From Candidatus Dormiibacterota bacterium (GTDB taxonomy: Bacteria > Chloroflexota > Dormibacteria > Aeolococcales > Aeolococcaceae), in assembly GCA_963830305.1 (NCBI GenBank), contig CAWHLW010000005.1:2473-66472 (forward strand): DNA of 64,000 bases. The letters run 5' to 3'. Positions 8,669-18,011 of this stretch are shown in pieces. The notes beneath the pieces were generated by a model. It saw only the letters and a list, made by a program, of their open reading frames with translations. It made no database searches and had not been told where the DNA came from. Position 1 is the first letter of the stretch, and each line of letters begins with the position of its first letter. A program made the translations under genes and the position numbers.

Positions 8669-10222
8669 TCAGAACAGCGAGGGGATCACCGCCTCGATGA
8701 GGTGAGGGCCCGGTTCTGCGAAGGCTCGCTCCAGGTCGGCGGTGAACGCCTCGGCAGTCTCCGGCCGGGTGGCCGGAACCCCAAATCCGCGCGCCAGCGC
8801 CACGAAGTCGACGTCCGGCGGGGAGATGTCGAGCATCTCGAGGGCGCGCGTGCCGGACGCCGCTGCCCCGACACGGGCGAGCTCCATGCGCAGGATGGCG
8901 TAGCGGCGGTTGCTGAAGATCACCGTGGTCACGTCGAGCTGTTCCCGAGCCATGGACCAGAGCGCTTGCAGGGTGTAGAGCGCCGAGCCGTCCGCCTCGA
9001 GCGCCAGCACCGGACGATCGGGGCAGGCGATCGCTGCTCCGAGCGCGACTGGGAGACCCTGGCCGATCGCGCCGCCCGTCAGGCTGAGCCAGTCGTGCCG
9101 AGGCGCCGCCGCCGTGAACGCCGGCAGGAAGGTGCCGCTGGTGTTGGCCTCGTCGGAAACGATCGCTCCCTCCGGCAGGAGCGCGCCGATGGCGCGGGCG
9201 ATCGATTCAGCGCCGAGCTCTCCCGCCGGCCTATCCGGTCTTGAAGGGGATCCGCCGTCGGGTGCGGCACTTGCGCCCAGCTCGCCGGCAAGCAACTCCA
9301 GCGCAGCGATGGCGTCGTCGCCGCCGCCCGCCAGGACAGTGACCTCGCAACCCTCGGGCACCAGGTCGCTCGGCTTGCCAGGGTAGGCGAAGAACGACAC
9401 CGGCGAGGTGGTGTCGACAAGGATGAGGTGGCGAAGACCGTCGAGCTGACCGGCGGCCATCTCCGCGAGGTAGGCGAGGCGCTGGATCACCGGGATGCCG
9501 GCGCCTCGCTCGGCGCGCGCCGGGAATGTCTCGACGAGCACCTCCGCCCCTGTCGCAGCAGCGATGCGGGAGGCAGCACGCAGCCCGGGTTCTCGGAGCG
9601 CGCTGCCACCGAGCAGGAGAGCCGCATTCTGCTTGGAGCGCAGCGCTGCTGCCACCGCCTCAAGCGCCTCGGACCGCACCGCGAGGCGCGCAGCCCGTGG
9701 CTCCGCCGGCGCTACCGAACCGCCTTCAGACCACGACACGTCGGCGGGGAGGATGAGGGTTGCGACCTGTCCCGGTGGACCGCACGCTGCGGCAACCGCT
9801 GCAGCAGCATCGGCACCGACCGACGCAGAGTGGATGCTTCGGCGGATCCAGGTCGAGACGTTGCGGGCGACGGTGTCGATATCGGACTCGAGCGGAGCGT
9901 CGTATCGCTTGTGAGAGGTCGCGTGGTCGCCGACGATTGCCACCACGGGTGCACGGCTGCGCCGCGCGTTGTGGAGATTCGCAAGTCCGTTGCCGAGGCC
10001 GGGCCCGAGGTGCAGCAGCACCGCGGCGGGGCTCTCGCGCATCCGGGCATAGCCGTCCGCTGCGCCGGTTGCGACCCCTTCGAAGAGCGCGAGCACACCG
10101 CGCATCTCCGGAACGGCGTCGAGGGTAGCGACGAAATGCATCTCCGACGTGCCGGGATTGGCGAAGACCACGTCCACATCCGACGCCACGAGGCTGCGCA
10201 GCAGCGCCTCGGCGCCGATCAT
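8669..10222 (-). CDS. thiamine pyrophosphate-binding protein (acetolactate synthase large-subunit-like)
   Basis: 517 aa. N-terminal TPP_N (FANPGTSEMHF ... GAADGYARM) and C-terminal TPP-binding stretch EADGSALYTLQALWSMAREQLDVTTVIFSNRRY. Confidence 0.85.
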   Translation of the reverse strand: MIGAEALLRSLVASDVDVVFANPGTSEMHFVATLDAVPEMRGVLALFEGVATGAADGYARMRESPAAVLLHLGPGLGNGLANLHNARRSRAPVVAIVGDHATSHKRYDAPLESDIDTVARNVSTWIRRSIHSASVGADAAAAVAAACGPPGQVATLILPADVSWSEGGSVAPAEPRAARLAVRSEALEAVAAALRSKQNAALLLGGSALREPGLRAASRIAAATGAEVLVETFPARAERGAGIPVIQRLAYLAEMAAGQLDGLRHLILVDTTSPVSFFAYPGKPSDLVPEGCEVTVLAGGGDDAIAALELLAGELGASAAPDGGSPSRPDRPAGELGAESIARAIGALLPEGAIVSDEANTSGTFLPAFTAAAPRHDWLSLTGGAIGQGLPVALGAAIACPDRPVLALEADGSALYTLQALWSMAREQLDVTTVIFSNRRYAILRMELARVGAAASGTRALEMLDISPPDVDFVALARGFGVPATRPETAEAFTADLERAFAEPGPHLIEAVIPSLF

Positions 10223-11625
10223 CCGCGCGCCACGCCGGCCGCCTTGGGAGAGGGCTCGAGCATCGCGCCTGGATTGAGGATGCCGTCGGGATCGAATGCA
10301 GACTTGATCCTGTGCATGAGCGCGAGCTTCGCAGGATTCTCGAGGGCGAGGAAATGGGCACGTTTGTCGGTGCCGATGCCGTGCTCACCCGATACCGCAC
10401 CACCCAGCGCTGCACCCGCCTCGAAGACGTGTCGCAGCACCCGTTCGAGCCGCTCCGGGTCCGGCTGGAACACCGACAGGTGCACGTTGCCGTCGCCGGC
10501 GTGCCCGCATCCCAGGATCATCGATCCGCTGTCCTGTGCAATTACTGACACTTGCGCCAGAAACTCGGGGATCTGGGCGCGCGGGACGACGGTGTCGACG
10601 ATCTCATTGGCACCCGCGGCCTTGGCGGCGAAGAAGGCACGCTCCCGGGCACCGATGAGGTCGGCCGCCGCTCCAGCCGGGAGCACGTAGACGTCAAGAG
10701 CACCGAGCGTGGTGATGAGGTCGCCGAGCGACTCGATGTCCTCGTCGAGCCGAGCGGGATCGCGTGACTCGAGGACCACCACCAGGTAGGCGAGTGCTGC
10801 TTCCTTGATCGCTGTCCCGATCCCCAGCTCGAGCCCGCGCGCTGCGGTGATCGCCGCCATGGTCATCATGTCGATGTACTCGAGGATCATCGGTGCGGCA
10901 CCGCTCTGGACGATGCGCGGCACCGCGCCGGCGATCTCCGCCACGGTGCGGAACGGCGCGAGCACGGTGGCGGCGTGCGGCTGGCGCGGGTAGAGACGCA
11001 GGATCGCCTCGGTGACGATGGCGAGCGTGCCCTCGGAGCCGACGATCAACTGGGTGAGGTCATAGCCGGAGGTCGCCTTCACGAACTTGCCCCCGGTCCG
11101 GATGATTTCGCCCGTGCCGAGCACGGCTTCAAGTCCGAGCACCTGGTGGCGAGTCACGCCGTATTTGACGGCGCGCATTCCGCCCGCGTTGGTCGCGACG
11201 CTGCCGCCGGCGCTCGCGCTGCTCTCGCCGGGGAAGACCGGATATACGAGCCCGTGTCTCGCCAGGGTGTCGTCGAGCTCACGCAGGGTGACGCCAGGCT
11301 GCACGACCGCGACCTGGTTCTCGACGTCGATCTCGAGGATGGCGCTCATCTCTCGAAACGTGATCAGGATCCCGCCTTCCCGGGGCACGCAGGCCCCCGC
11401 CAGTCCCGTTCCCGAGCCACGCGCAGTCACCGGCATCGAGAACTCGCGCGCAATCGCAATGATCTCGGCGACCTCGGCAGCGGAATGGGGGAAGACCACG
11501 ACGTCCGGCGCGTGCCAGTGGGCGACCAGCGATTCATCGTGCCAGTCGTCCTCGCTGACCTCGGCCGCGGTCAGGGTCCTCGCCGGACCGAGGAGTGCAG
11601 TGAGCTTGTCGAGAGCACCGAGCAT
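10219..11625 (-). CDS. FAD-linked oxidase (GlcD/D-lactate dehydrogenase-like)
   Basis: 468 aa. FAD_binding_4 region VVVFPHSAAEVAEIIAIAREFSMPVTARGSGTGLAG and C-terminal GGAVSGEHGIG. 4-nt overlap with the downstream TPP gene. Confidence 0.9.
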   Translation of the reverse strand: MLGALDKLTALLGPARTLTAAEVSEDDWHDESLVAHWHAPDVVVFPHSAAEVAEIIAIAREFSMPVTARGSGTGLAGACVPREGGILITFREMSAILEIDVENQVAVVQPGVTLRELDDTLARHGLVYPVFPGESSASAGGSVATNAGGMRAVKYGVTRHQVLGLEAVLGTGEIIRTGGKFVKATSGYDLTQLIVGSEGTLAIVTEAILRLYPRQPHAATVLAPFRTVAEIAGAVPRIVQSGAAPMILEYIDMMTMAAITAARGLELGIGTAIKEAALAYLVVVLESRDPARLDEDIESLGDLITTLGALDVYVLPAGAAADLIGARERAFFAAKAAGANEIVDTVVPRAQIPEFLAQVSVIAQDSGSMILGCGHAGDGNVHLSVFQPDPERLERVLRHVFEAGAALGGAVSGEHGIGTDKRAHFLALENPAKLALMHRIKSAFDPDGILNPGAMLEPSPKAAGVARG

Positions 11626-11635
11626 CGGGCGGCTC

Positions 11636-12436
11636 CTACGAGCTGGTGAAGGTTGCCCGGCGCTTCTCGAGAAACGCGCTCACGCCCTCGGCGAAATCGC
11701 GCGTGGTCGTCGCCTCCGTCTGGAGGCGCTCCTCGACCGCGAGCTGCGCCTCGAGATCGTTCTCGCGCGAGAGCTCGAGCGCACGCTTGGTGAGCCCGAT
11801 CGAACGCGGTCCCCGTGCGAGCCGGCCGGCGAGATCCGCGGCTGCGACCGGAAGCTCGGCGTCCGGGACGACCCAGTTGACGACGCCCAGCTCGAGCGCG
11901 CGCGACGCATCGACGGTATCGCCGAGCATGGTGAGCTCGGCAGCGCGGGCCGGGCCGATGAGGCGAGGAAGAAAGTACGTGCTGGCCAGGTCGGGGATGA
12001 GCCCGATACGCACGAATGCCTGCACGAACGTGGCGGACTCGGCGGCGATGCGCAGGTCGCATGCAAGCGCGAGGGAGAAGCCGGCGCCGGCGGCAACGCC
12101 GTTGACGGCCGCGATGACCGGCTGATCCATCGAGCGGATCGCCCGAATCGCCGGTGTGTAGTGATCCCGGAGGATCGCACCGACGTCAAGGCCACCTTCG
12201 CCGGCAGTGGCGCGCAGGTCCTGGCCGCTGCAGAAGCCGCGTCCTGCACCGGTGATGATCACCGCTCGCACCGCGCGACCAGAAGCGGCCTCGCGGAGCG
12301 CATCGGTGACCTCGTCAAGGAGCGCCGGCGTGATCGCATTGAGCACCTCGGGGCGGTTGAGGGTCAGCGTCAGCACCCCGTCGCTGACGCTCGCGAGGAG
12401 CTGCGGGGTGGTCACCGGCGTTGCTTCTGCGGCCAT
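11636..12436 (-). CDS. enoyl-CoA hydratase/isomerase family protein
   Basis: 266 aa. Crotonase oxyanion motif ITGAGRGFCSGQDL. Confidence 0.9.
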   Translation of the reverse strand: MAAEATPVTTPQLLASVSDGVLTLTLNRPEVLNAITPALLDEVTDALREAASGRAVRAVIITGAGRGFCSGQDLRATAGEGGLDVGAILRDHYTPAIRAIRSMDQPVIAAVNGVAAGAGFSLALACDLRIAAESATFVQAFVRIGLIPDLASTYFLPRLIGPARAAELTMLGDTVDASRALELGVVNWVVPDAELPVAAADLAGRLARGPRSIGLTKRALELSRENDLEAQLAVEERLQTEATTTRDFAEGVSAFLEKRRATFTSS

Positions 12437-12448
12437 TCGCGGCGAACT

Positions 12449-12766
12449 CTACGCCGACGCGTCGCCGAGCTCGCGGAGCCGCTGATAGGTGTAGATGCCC
12501 GTGTTGTGTCCATCGGCCCACACGGCGTTGAGGCCGTAGGCGCCGACCAGCGAGATGTCGGCGAGCTCATCCTCTCCCGGACGGAGATCCGGGTCGGAGC
12601 TGAAGCGGCCACGGTAGCCGGGCTCGCCTTTGCACGCGGCGCACGGGCACGCGCGCCGGAGCACCGCAAAGGGAATGTGTTGCGCGGCACCGTCAGACCA
12701 CTCGATCAGCAGCGAGCGGTGCTTCTCGTCGTAATCGAAGCGCACGGGTCGGAGATCCACGGCCAC
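12449..12766 (-). CDS. DUF971 domain-containing protein (gamma-butyrobetaine hydroxylase-like N-terminal domain)
   Basis: 105 aa. LLIEWSDG ... LRRACPCAACKGE ... YGLNAVWADGHNTGIYTY pattern. Confidence 0.75.
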   Translation of the reverse strand: MAVDLRPVRFDYDEKHRSLLIEWSDGAAQHIPFAVLRRACPCAACKGEPGYRGRFSSDPDLRPGEDELADISLVGAYGLNAVWADGHNTGIYTYQRLRELGDASA

Positions 12767-12786
12767 CGTGCGCGGACCGACGCCGC

Positions 12787-13113
12787 CTAGCGGAGCACCG
12801 ACTGGAGCTTCATCGCCAGCCCCATGTCGCCCTTGATCTTGATCTTGCCGCTCATGAAGGCCATGGTGCCGTCGAGCTTGCCGGTGGCCAGGTCGACGAA
12901 GTCCTCCGATTTCATGTTGATGGTGATGTTCGGATTCTCGGGGACACCCTCGCCGACGTCAGCGGTCCCGTCCTTGATCGAGATGTGGTACTGGCCGGGC
13001 GCCTCGCCGCTGAGGTCGAACGCGTAGATCGCATTCATCCCAGCCGTCTTGGCGGGATCTGCGGCGATGCGGGAATTGATCTCGCTGAAAATTTCGGCCG
13101 GAGTGGACGGCAT
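12787..13113 (-). CDS. SCP2 sterol-binding domain-containing protein
   Basis: 108 aa. C-terminal GKLDGTMAFMSGKIKIKGDMGLAMKL is a typical SCP2 motif. Confidence 0.8.
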   Translation of the reverse strand: MPSTPAEIFSEINSRIAADPAKTAGMNAIYAFDLSGEAPGQYHISIKDGTADVGEGVPENPNITINMKSEDFVDLATGKLDGTMAFMSGKIKIKGDMGLAMKLQSVLR

Positions 13114-13302
13114 CGTTGGTACTCCCTTGCGATTGATCTGTATGCAGCCCCCAACGCGGCGGGCGTGATCCAGTCTACTGACTGAGAGCGGGGCGGACGC
13201 GACACCGGCTACAGCGTCGGAGCCTGAGAATCACCTGAGACCCACGCGCGCAACAGCGCAACCCAGGCGAATTCTCAGGTCGAGCTCGGAGACTCGGCGG
13301 CC

Positions 13303-14751
13303 ATGGGCAGCGCCAACCTCAGGCTCAGCCGCCGGCAGGTCCTCGGCATCGCAGCCGGGGGAGTGGTGGGCGCCGTGGGCTTCCGGTACCTCACGTTGCA
13401 GCTGCCCGGCGGGTCCCAGCAGGTTGCGTCCGCCGCCGGATCTGCGGGCGCCTGGACGAGCCCGCTCTCGAATGCGACCGGCCTGGCCGCTCACCTCCTG
13501 CGCAGAGCCACCTTCAGCTACACCGCGGACCAGCTCGAGACGGCGGCGTCGATGTCGTATCCGGACCTCGTCGACATGGTCCTCAACCAGGCAGCGGCAC
13601 CGTTGCCGGCGGTCGCCGACCCGACCGACTACCAGGCCGTTGTCCGTGCCTGGTACGAGCACATGGCGACCACGCCCGCGCAGTTTCCCGAGCGCATGAC
13701 GCTCTTCTGGCACGGGCTGCTGACCAGCGACTACCGGAAGGCGGCGCGCCTGCCCTTCGTGCTCCAGCAGAACGAGCTGTACCGATCGATGGGGCGGAGC
13801 GACTTCCGCACACTCATCAGCGCGGTCACCTACGACCCGCTGATGATTCGCTACCTCGACCTCGAGGAGAGCACCGCAGCCGCTCCCAACGAGAACTACA
13901 GCCGCGAGCTGATGGAGCTGTTCACGCTCGGCGTGGGCAACTACACCGAGACCGACGTGCGCGAGGGGGCTCGCGCCTTCTCCGGAATCCGCACCGTCCT
14001 GGTCGATGCGAGTGGAAAGCGCATCCAACCGCCGAAGGCCAAGGGCTCGACGCCGGCGGAATACACCCAGGCGATTCAGCAAGTGCTCGCCACAGGCGCG
14101 ACGTTCAAAGGTGTCCTGGCAAGGAATCAGCACGACACCGGGAGCAAGACGTTCCTCGGCCACACCGGGAACCTCGATCCCGCGCAGGCGCTCGACATCA
14201 TCGTCGCGCAGCCGTCGTGCGCACCGCACATCGCCCGTCTTGCGCTGGAGCAGTTCTGCACGCCCAACCCGTCGAGTGCTCTGATCACGAGCGTCGCGAC
14301 TCCATTCCGCGCAAGCAACTACGACATCAAGACGCTGATGCGCACCATCTTCACCAGCGAGGCATTCACGTCCCCCGCGGCGTATCGGTCGCTGGTTCGC
14401 GGGCCGGCCGAGTACATGGTCGCGAGCATGCGCGCTCTCGCGGCGCCTGATCTCGCCGCGACGTCGACGCGCTCGGGCGCAGCCATGGACCAGATCCTCT
14501 ATGACATGCCGACGGTCGCAGGGTGGCCGTCCAACCAGGGATGGGTCTCGTCGGGAGCGTGGCTGGCGCGTCTCAACTTCGCCGCTGCAGCGGTTGCGAG
14601 CGCGCGGAGCTTTGCGGATCCGGTGGACGCGGTGAAAGTGCAGCTCGACGGCGTCGTAGGCCCGGACACCGCAACCGTGTTCAACGCGAGCGAGAGCGAT
14701 GGCGACCGCTGGTACGCGCTGCTCGCGAGCCCGGAATTCCAGCTCAAATGA
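13303..14751 (+). CDS. DUF1800 domain-containing protein (Tat-type signal)
   Basis: 482 aa. N-terminal LSRRQVLGIAAGGVVGAVG twin-arginine-like signal. Paired with DUF1501 immediately downstream, which is the canonical pairing. Confidence 0.85.
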   Translation: MGSANLRLSRRQVLGIAAGGVVGAVGFRYLTLQLPGGSQQVASAAGSAGAWTSPLSNATGLAAHLLRRATFSYTADQLETAASMSYPDLVDMVLNQAAAPLPAVADPTDYQAVVRAWYEHMATTPAQFPERMTLFWHGLLTSDYRKAARLPFVLQQNELYRSMGRSDFRTLISAVTYDPLMIRYLDLEESTAAAPNENYSRELMELFTLGVGNYTETDVREGARAFSGIRTVLVDASGKRIQPPKAKGSTPAEYTQAIQQVLATGATFKGVLARNQHDTGSKTFLGHTGNLDPAQALDIIVAQPSCAPHIARLALEQFCTPNPSSALITSVATPFRASNYDIKTLMRTIFTSEAFTSPAAYRSLVRGPAEYMVASMRALAAPDLAATSTRSGAAMDQILYDMPTVAGWPSNQGWVSSGAWLARLNFAAAAVASARSFADPVDAVKVQLDGVVGPDTATVFNASESDGDRWYALLASPEFQLK

Positions 14752-14761
14752 GGCAGAGGAC

Positions 14762-15998
14762 ATGATCACGCGACGAGACTTCATGGTCAGCGGTATCACC
14801 GCAACCGGCGTGGGCATCATCGTGCCGCCGGTCTTTGCGCAGTCCGTGTTCGCCGCCACCATGGAGGACGTCCACAACGACCGCGTCCTCGTCATCCTGC
14901 AACTCGGTGGCGGCAACGACGGGCTCAACACCGTCGTCCCATACGCGGACCCGGCGTACCTTCAGGCACGGCCGAACATCGGCATCCCAGCCGACAAGGT
15001 CCTGCCGCTGAATGCGGAGGTCGGCCTCAACCCGGTGATGCCCGGCATCAAGCACCTCTTCGACGCCGGCGAAGTCGCGTTGGTGCAGGGCGTCGGCTAC
15101 CCGAACCCTGTGTACTCGCACTTCGAGGGTCTGTACATCTGGGAGCACGCGGATCCCACCATGCAGCAGACCGAGGGATGGCTCGGCAAGTTGCTCGCGA
15201 GCCAGCTCGACAGCCAGGGACACCCTCTCGCCGGATGCGCATTGGGCCAGGCGAGCACGCCGGCGGAGCTGCTGGCCCAGAACGCCACGGTGAGCGTCAT
15301 CGATTCGATTCCCACCTACCAGGTCGACGGCGGCGCCGGCCATCGCGTCGCGGCCCCGGCCCTCTACAAGAAAACGCCGGGCATCTACGGCGCGCTCTTC
15401 GACCAGGCGCTGAGCACCGCTGAGTACGGAATCGCCGCGCTGGCGGATTCGCAGAGCCGCTACACACCATCGGTGACGTACACGCCGCAGAGCACCGTGT
15501 ACGGCAGCAAGAACAGTCTCGCGACATCGCTGCAGCTCACCGCCGAGATGATCGTGACGCAGCCGAGCGTCAAGATCTGTCATGTCGTCCTCGGTGGCTT
15601 TGACACCCACCAGGATGAGGACACACGCCAGAACGCCCTGCTCGCATACATCGACAGCGCGGTGAGTGCCTTCATGCAGGACATCGCCAACCACGGCATG
15701 GCGGACAGGGTCGTGCTGATGACCTGGTCGGAGTTCGGACGGCGGGTGGTTGAGAACGGCGGCAAGGGGACGGATCACGGCGCTGCAGCACCGATCTTCG
15801 TTGTGGGGAAACCGGTGCAGGGCGGTGTCTTCGGTGAGCAACCCTCACTCACCAACACGGTCGAACTCGGGGAATCTCAAATACAACATCGACTTCCGCA
15901 GCGTGTATCAGACACTCATCCGCGACTGGCTGCAGGCGGACCCGACATCCGTGCTCGGCGCCTCCTTTCCCGAGCTCCCGATCATCAAGACGGCGTGA
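14762..15998 (+). pseudogene. DUF1501 domain-containing protein (sulfatase-like, Tat signal), frameshifted as assembled
   Basis: Starts MITRRDFMVSGITATG (Tat motif). In frame through GKGTDHGAAAPIFVVGKPVQGGVFGEQPSLTNTV. After GAACTC at 15863-15868 the conserved C-terminus GNLKYNIDFRSVYQTLIRDWLQADPTSVLGASFPELPIIKTA continues in the +1 frame to the TGA at 15996-15998. Confidence 0.8.
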
Positions 15999-16435
15999 GC
16001 GTGGTCCTCAGCACCCGGTCACTCAAGCTCTTGAGCGGAGTGGGTGCCGTGGCGGTCTGCGGTGTCAGCGGCCTCCTCGTCGCCGCCGATCCCAAGCCGC
16101 TCACCGCACCGCTGCGCCCGCCGGTCAACGGCTCGCCGTCGAGCACCGCTTCGCTGCACATCCCGCCGTCCTGCGGCTCCGGAACCCTCGACCCGTCGTT
16201 GCTGCCGATCGTGCAGCGGCTGCGTCAGGCAACCACCACATCCGCGCGCCGAACCATTCTCGCCGCACTGAGCCCCACGCAGCGACTCGAGATCGAAGCC
16301 TACTTGCGCGCAACGGGCCGCTCCGCGATCGGCGCGAGCACGAGCTGCGCCAACGCCGGCGGTGACTCGATCGCCCCGTCGGTCGTCGAGGCCCCGGCCT
16401 CGACGCAACCGCTGATCAACACCTACGTCTCATGA
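15995..16435 (+). CDS. hypothetical secreted/membrane-anchored protein
   Basis: GTG overlaps the DUF1501 stop (GTGA). N-terminal hydrophobic LKLLSGVGAVAVCGVSGLLVAA. Its stop overlaps the ApbE ATG (ATGA). I recognised no family. Confidence 0.5.
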   Translation: MSVVLSTRSLKLLSGVGAVAVCGVSGLLVAADPKPLTAPLRPPVNGSPSSTASLHIPPSCGSGTLDPSLLPIVQRLRQATTTSARRTILAALSPTQRLEIEAYLRATGRSAIGASTSCANAGGDSIAPSVVEAPASTQPLINTYVS

Positions 16436-17427
16436 GCGCCAAAAGGTGCAGCGCCATACACCATGTTTTCACAGCGTTCGGCGGCGCCCGATGTGACGTG
16501 ATCGCCTGCGATGCGAATGAGGACGACACATCAGCGGTGATCGTGGAAACGTACGCGTTCGAACACCAGCTCACGAGATTCGACCCGCAGAGCGAGCTCT
16601 CGCGCTTCAACGTCGCAGCCGGCACGCGTGTCACGGTCACGCCGTTGCTCGCCGAACTGCTCTGCGTCTGCCTCGACGCGTATGACCTGAGCGATGGCCT
16701 CGTGAACGCCGCCTGCCTTCCCGCACTCATCGACGCGGGATACGACCGCACCATCACAGAGGTCCGGCGCCATCCGGTCAACCGACCTCATACGACACCT
16801 CGACGTGAAGTGCCGCCATTGCCCGACGTGCTCGAGGTGGGGGATACGTGGGCACGAATTGCGGCGGGCTGCGCTGTCGACCTCGGCGGTGTCGGCAAAG
16901 GGTGGCTCGCCGACCGGCTCTGCGAGCGCTTCGACAACGCAGCGATCAACCTCGGCGGTGACGTTCGCACCCGCGGTGCCGGACCAAACGGCACAGGCTG
17001 GACAATCGCGCTCTGCAACGGACGCTGCGTAACCGTTCAAGACGCCGGCATCGCCACCTCGGGAACCTCAGCACGCCGCTGGCCCGGCGGTCACCACCTC
17101 ATCGATCCGCGCACTGGGGTCCCGGCGCAGACCGACATCAGGGAGATTTCCGTGATCGCCAATACCGCGCTACACGCGGAAATCCTCGCGAAGGGAGCAT
17201 GCCTGCTCGGCAACGACGCGGCCGTCGCATGGCTCCAGCGGCGAGGTGCAGCACGTCAGGAGATCATCCGGGTCGATGCAGCCACACTGAGCAGGCCGGG
17301 AGATCGTCCGGGACGCAGCGCATTTGGTAGCGACCGAGAGAGCGCGACAATCTGCTTGCGCGAACGAGGGAGCGGACAAGCTAAGCGGTGGCCCGGACGA
17401 TCTCCCGGCCGTCCGAACATGACGTGA
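16432..17427 (+). CDS. FAD:protein FMN transferase (ApbE family)
   Basis: 331 aa. ApbE-like FDPQSELSRFN, VDLGGVGKGWLAD, INLGGDV and HHLIDPRTG. The last ~50 residues are low-complexity, so the true C-terminus is uncertain. Confidence 0.75.
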   Translation: MSAKRCSAIHHVFTAFGGARCDVIACDANEDDTSAVIVETYAFEHQLTRFDPQSELSRFNVAAGTRVTVTPLLAELLCVCLDAYDLSDGLVNAACLPALIDAGYDRTITEVRRHPVNRPHTTPRREVPPLPDVLEVGDTWARIAAGCAVDLGGVGKGWLADRLCERFDNAAINLGGDVRTRGAGPNGTGWTIALCNGRCVTVQDAGIATSGTSARRWPGGHHLIDPRTGVPAQTDIREISVIANTALHAEILAKGACLLGNDAAVAWLQRRGAARQEIIRVDAATLSRPGDRPGRSAFGSDRESATICLRERGSGQAKRWPGRSPGRPNMT

Positions 17428-17982
17428 GCCCCGACCTGATCCTCTGGTACGCAGCACGTGCTGCGGCTCTCGCCGCTTTCTTCGTGCTCGCCGGCATCGC
17501 TGCTCACCGGCATGGCGATCCGAACGGCGTACCTGGCACCGCTGGCGCGCAACCGTGCGGTAATCGCGGTGCACGGGTTTCTCACGTGGTTCTGGGTGCC
17601 GCTGGTGGTTGTGCACGTGACGGCCCTGGTGCTCGACGCGACATCGCGGATCACGCCGCTCGACCTGCTGGTGCCGTTTCGAGTCAACGAAGGGACGGGG
17701 TCCAATCTCGCCATCGGCCTTGGCACCGTGGGATTACTGCTGCTCGTGCTCATCGCCGCGACGTCGGCACTGCGACGGTTCATGCGCCCGAGTGTCTGGC
17801 GCTGGATCCATCGCCTGACCTATCCGATGTTCGTGATCTTCCTGATCCACGCACAACTGGCCGGCACTGACTTCAGCGAGGTGGCGATCAGCCTGGCTGC
17901 CTGGGCGACCCTCGGTGGACTGGTCGCGCTCGCATTACTCCGGGCGGCCGGCGGAAGGATGACGAGCGAACCTCCCGTGTAG
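17424..17982 (+). pseudogene. ferric reductase-like transmembrane domain protein, apparent +1 frameshift near 17495-17505
   Basis: The family-typical N-terminus VSPDLILWYAARAAALAAFFVLAGIA is in the frame of GTG 17424 (GTGA overlap with ApbE). The remainder, LLTGMAIRTAYLAPL...VHGFLTWFWVPLVVVHVTALVLD...WRWIHRLTYPMFVIFLIHAQLAGTD, is in the frame of ORF 17458-17982. Confidence 0.55.
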
Positions 17983-18011
17983 TCCTTTCTTAAGCCGGGT
18001 ACACTCGGTGC

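Noticed and set aside
11087-12790. 567-aa plus-strand ORF. The same applies to 25126-26667(-), 37480-39153(-), 47980-49314(-), 55036-56454(-) and 23166-24626(-).
   Set aside because: All are antisense or out-of-frame overlaps of genes with strong family motifs, and all have Arg/Pro/Gly-rich translations.
13231-14931. 566-aa ORF on the minus strand
   Set aside because: It is entirely antisense to the DUF1800 gene. Its composition is Arg/Gly/Ala/Pro-dominated with no recognisable motif. This is the typical shadow ORF of GC-rich DNA.
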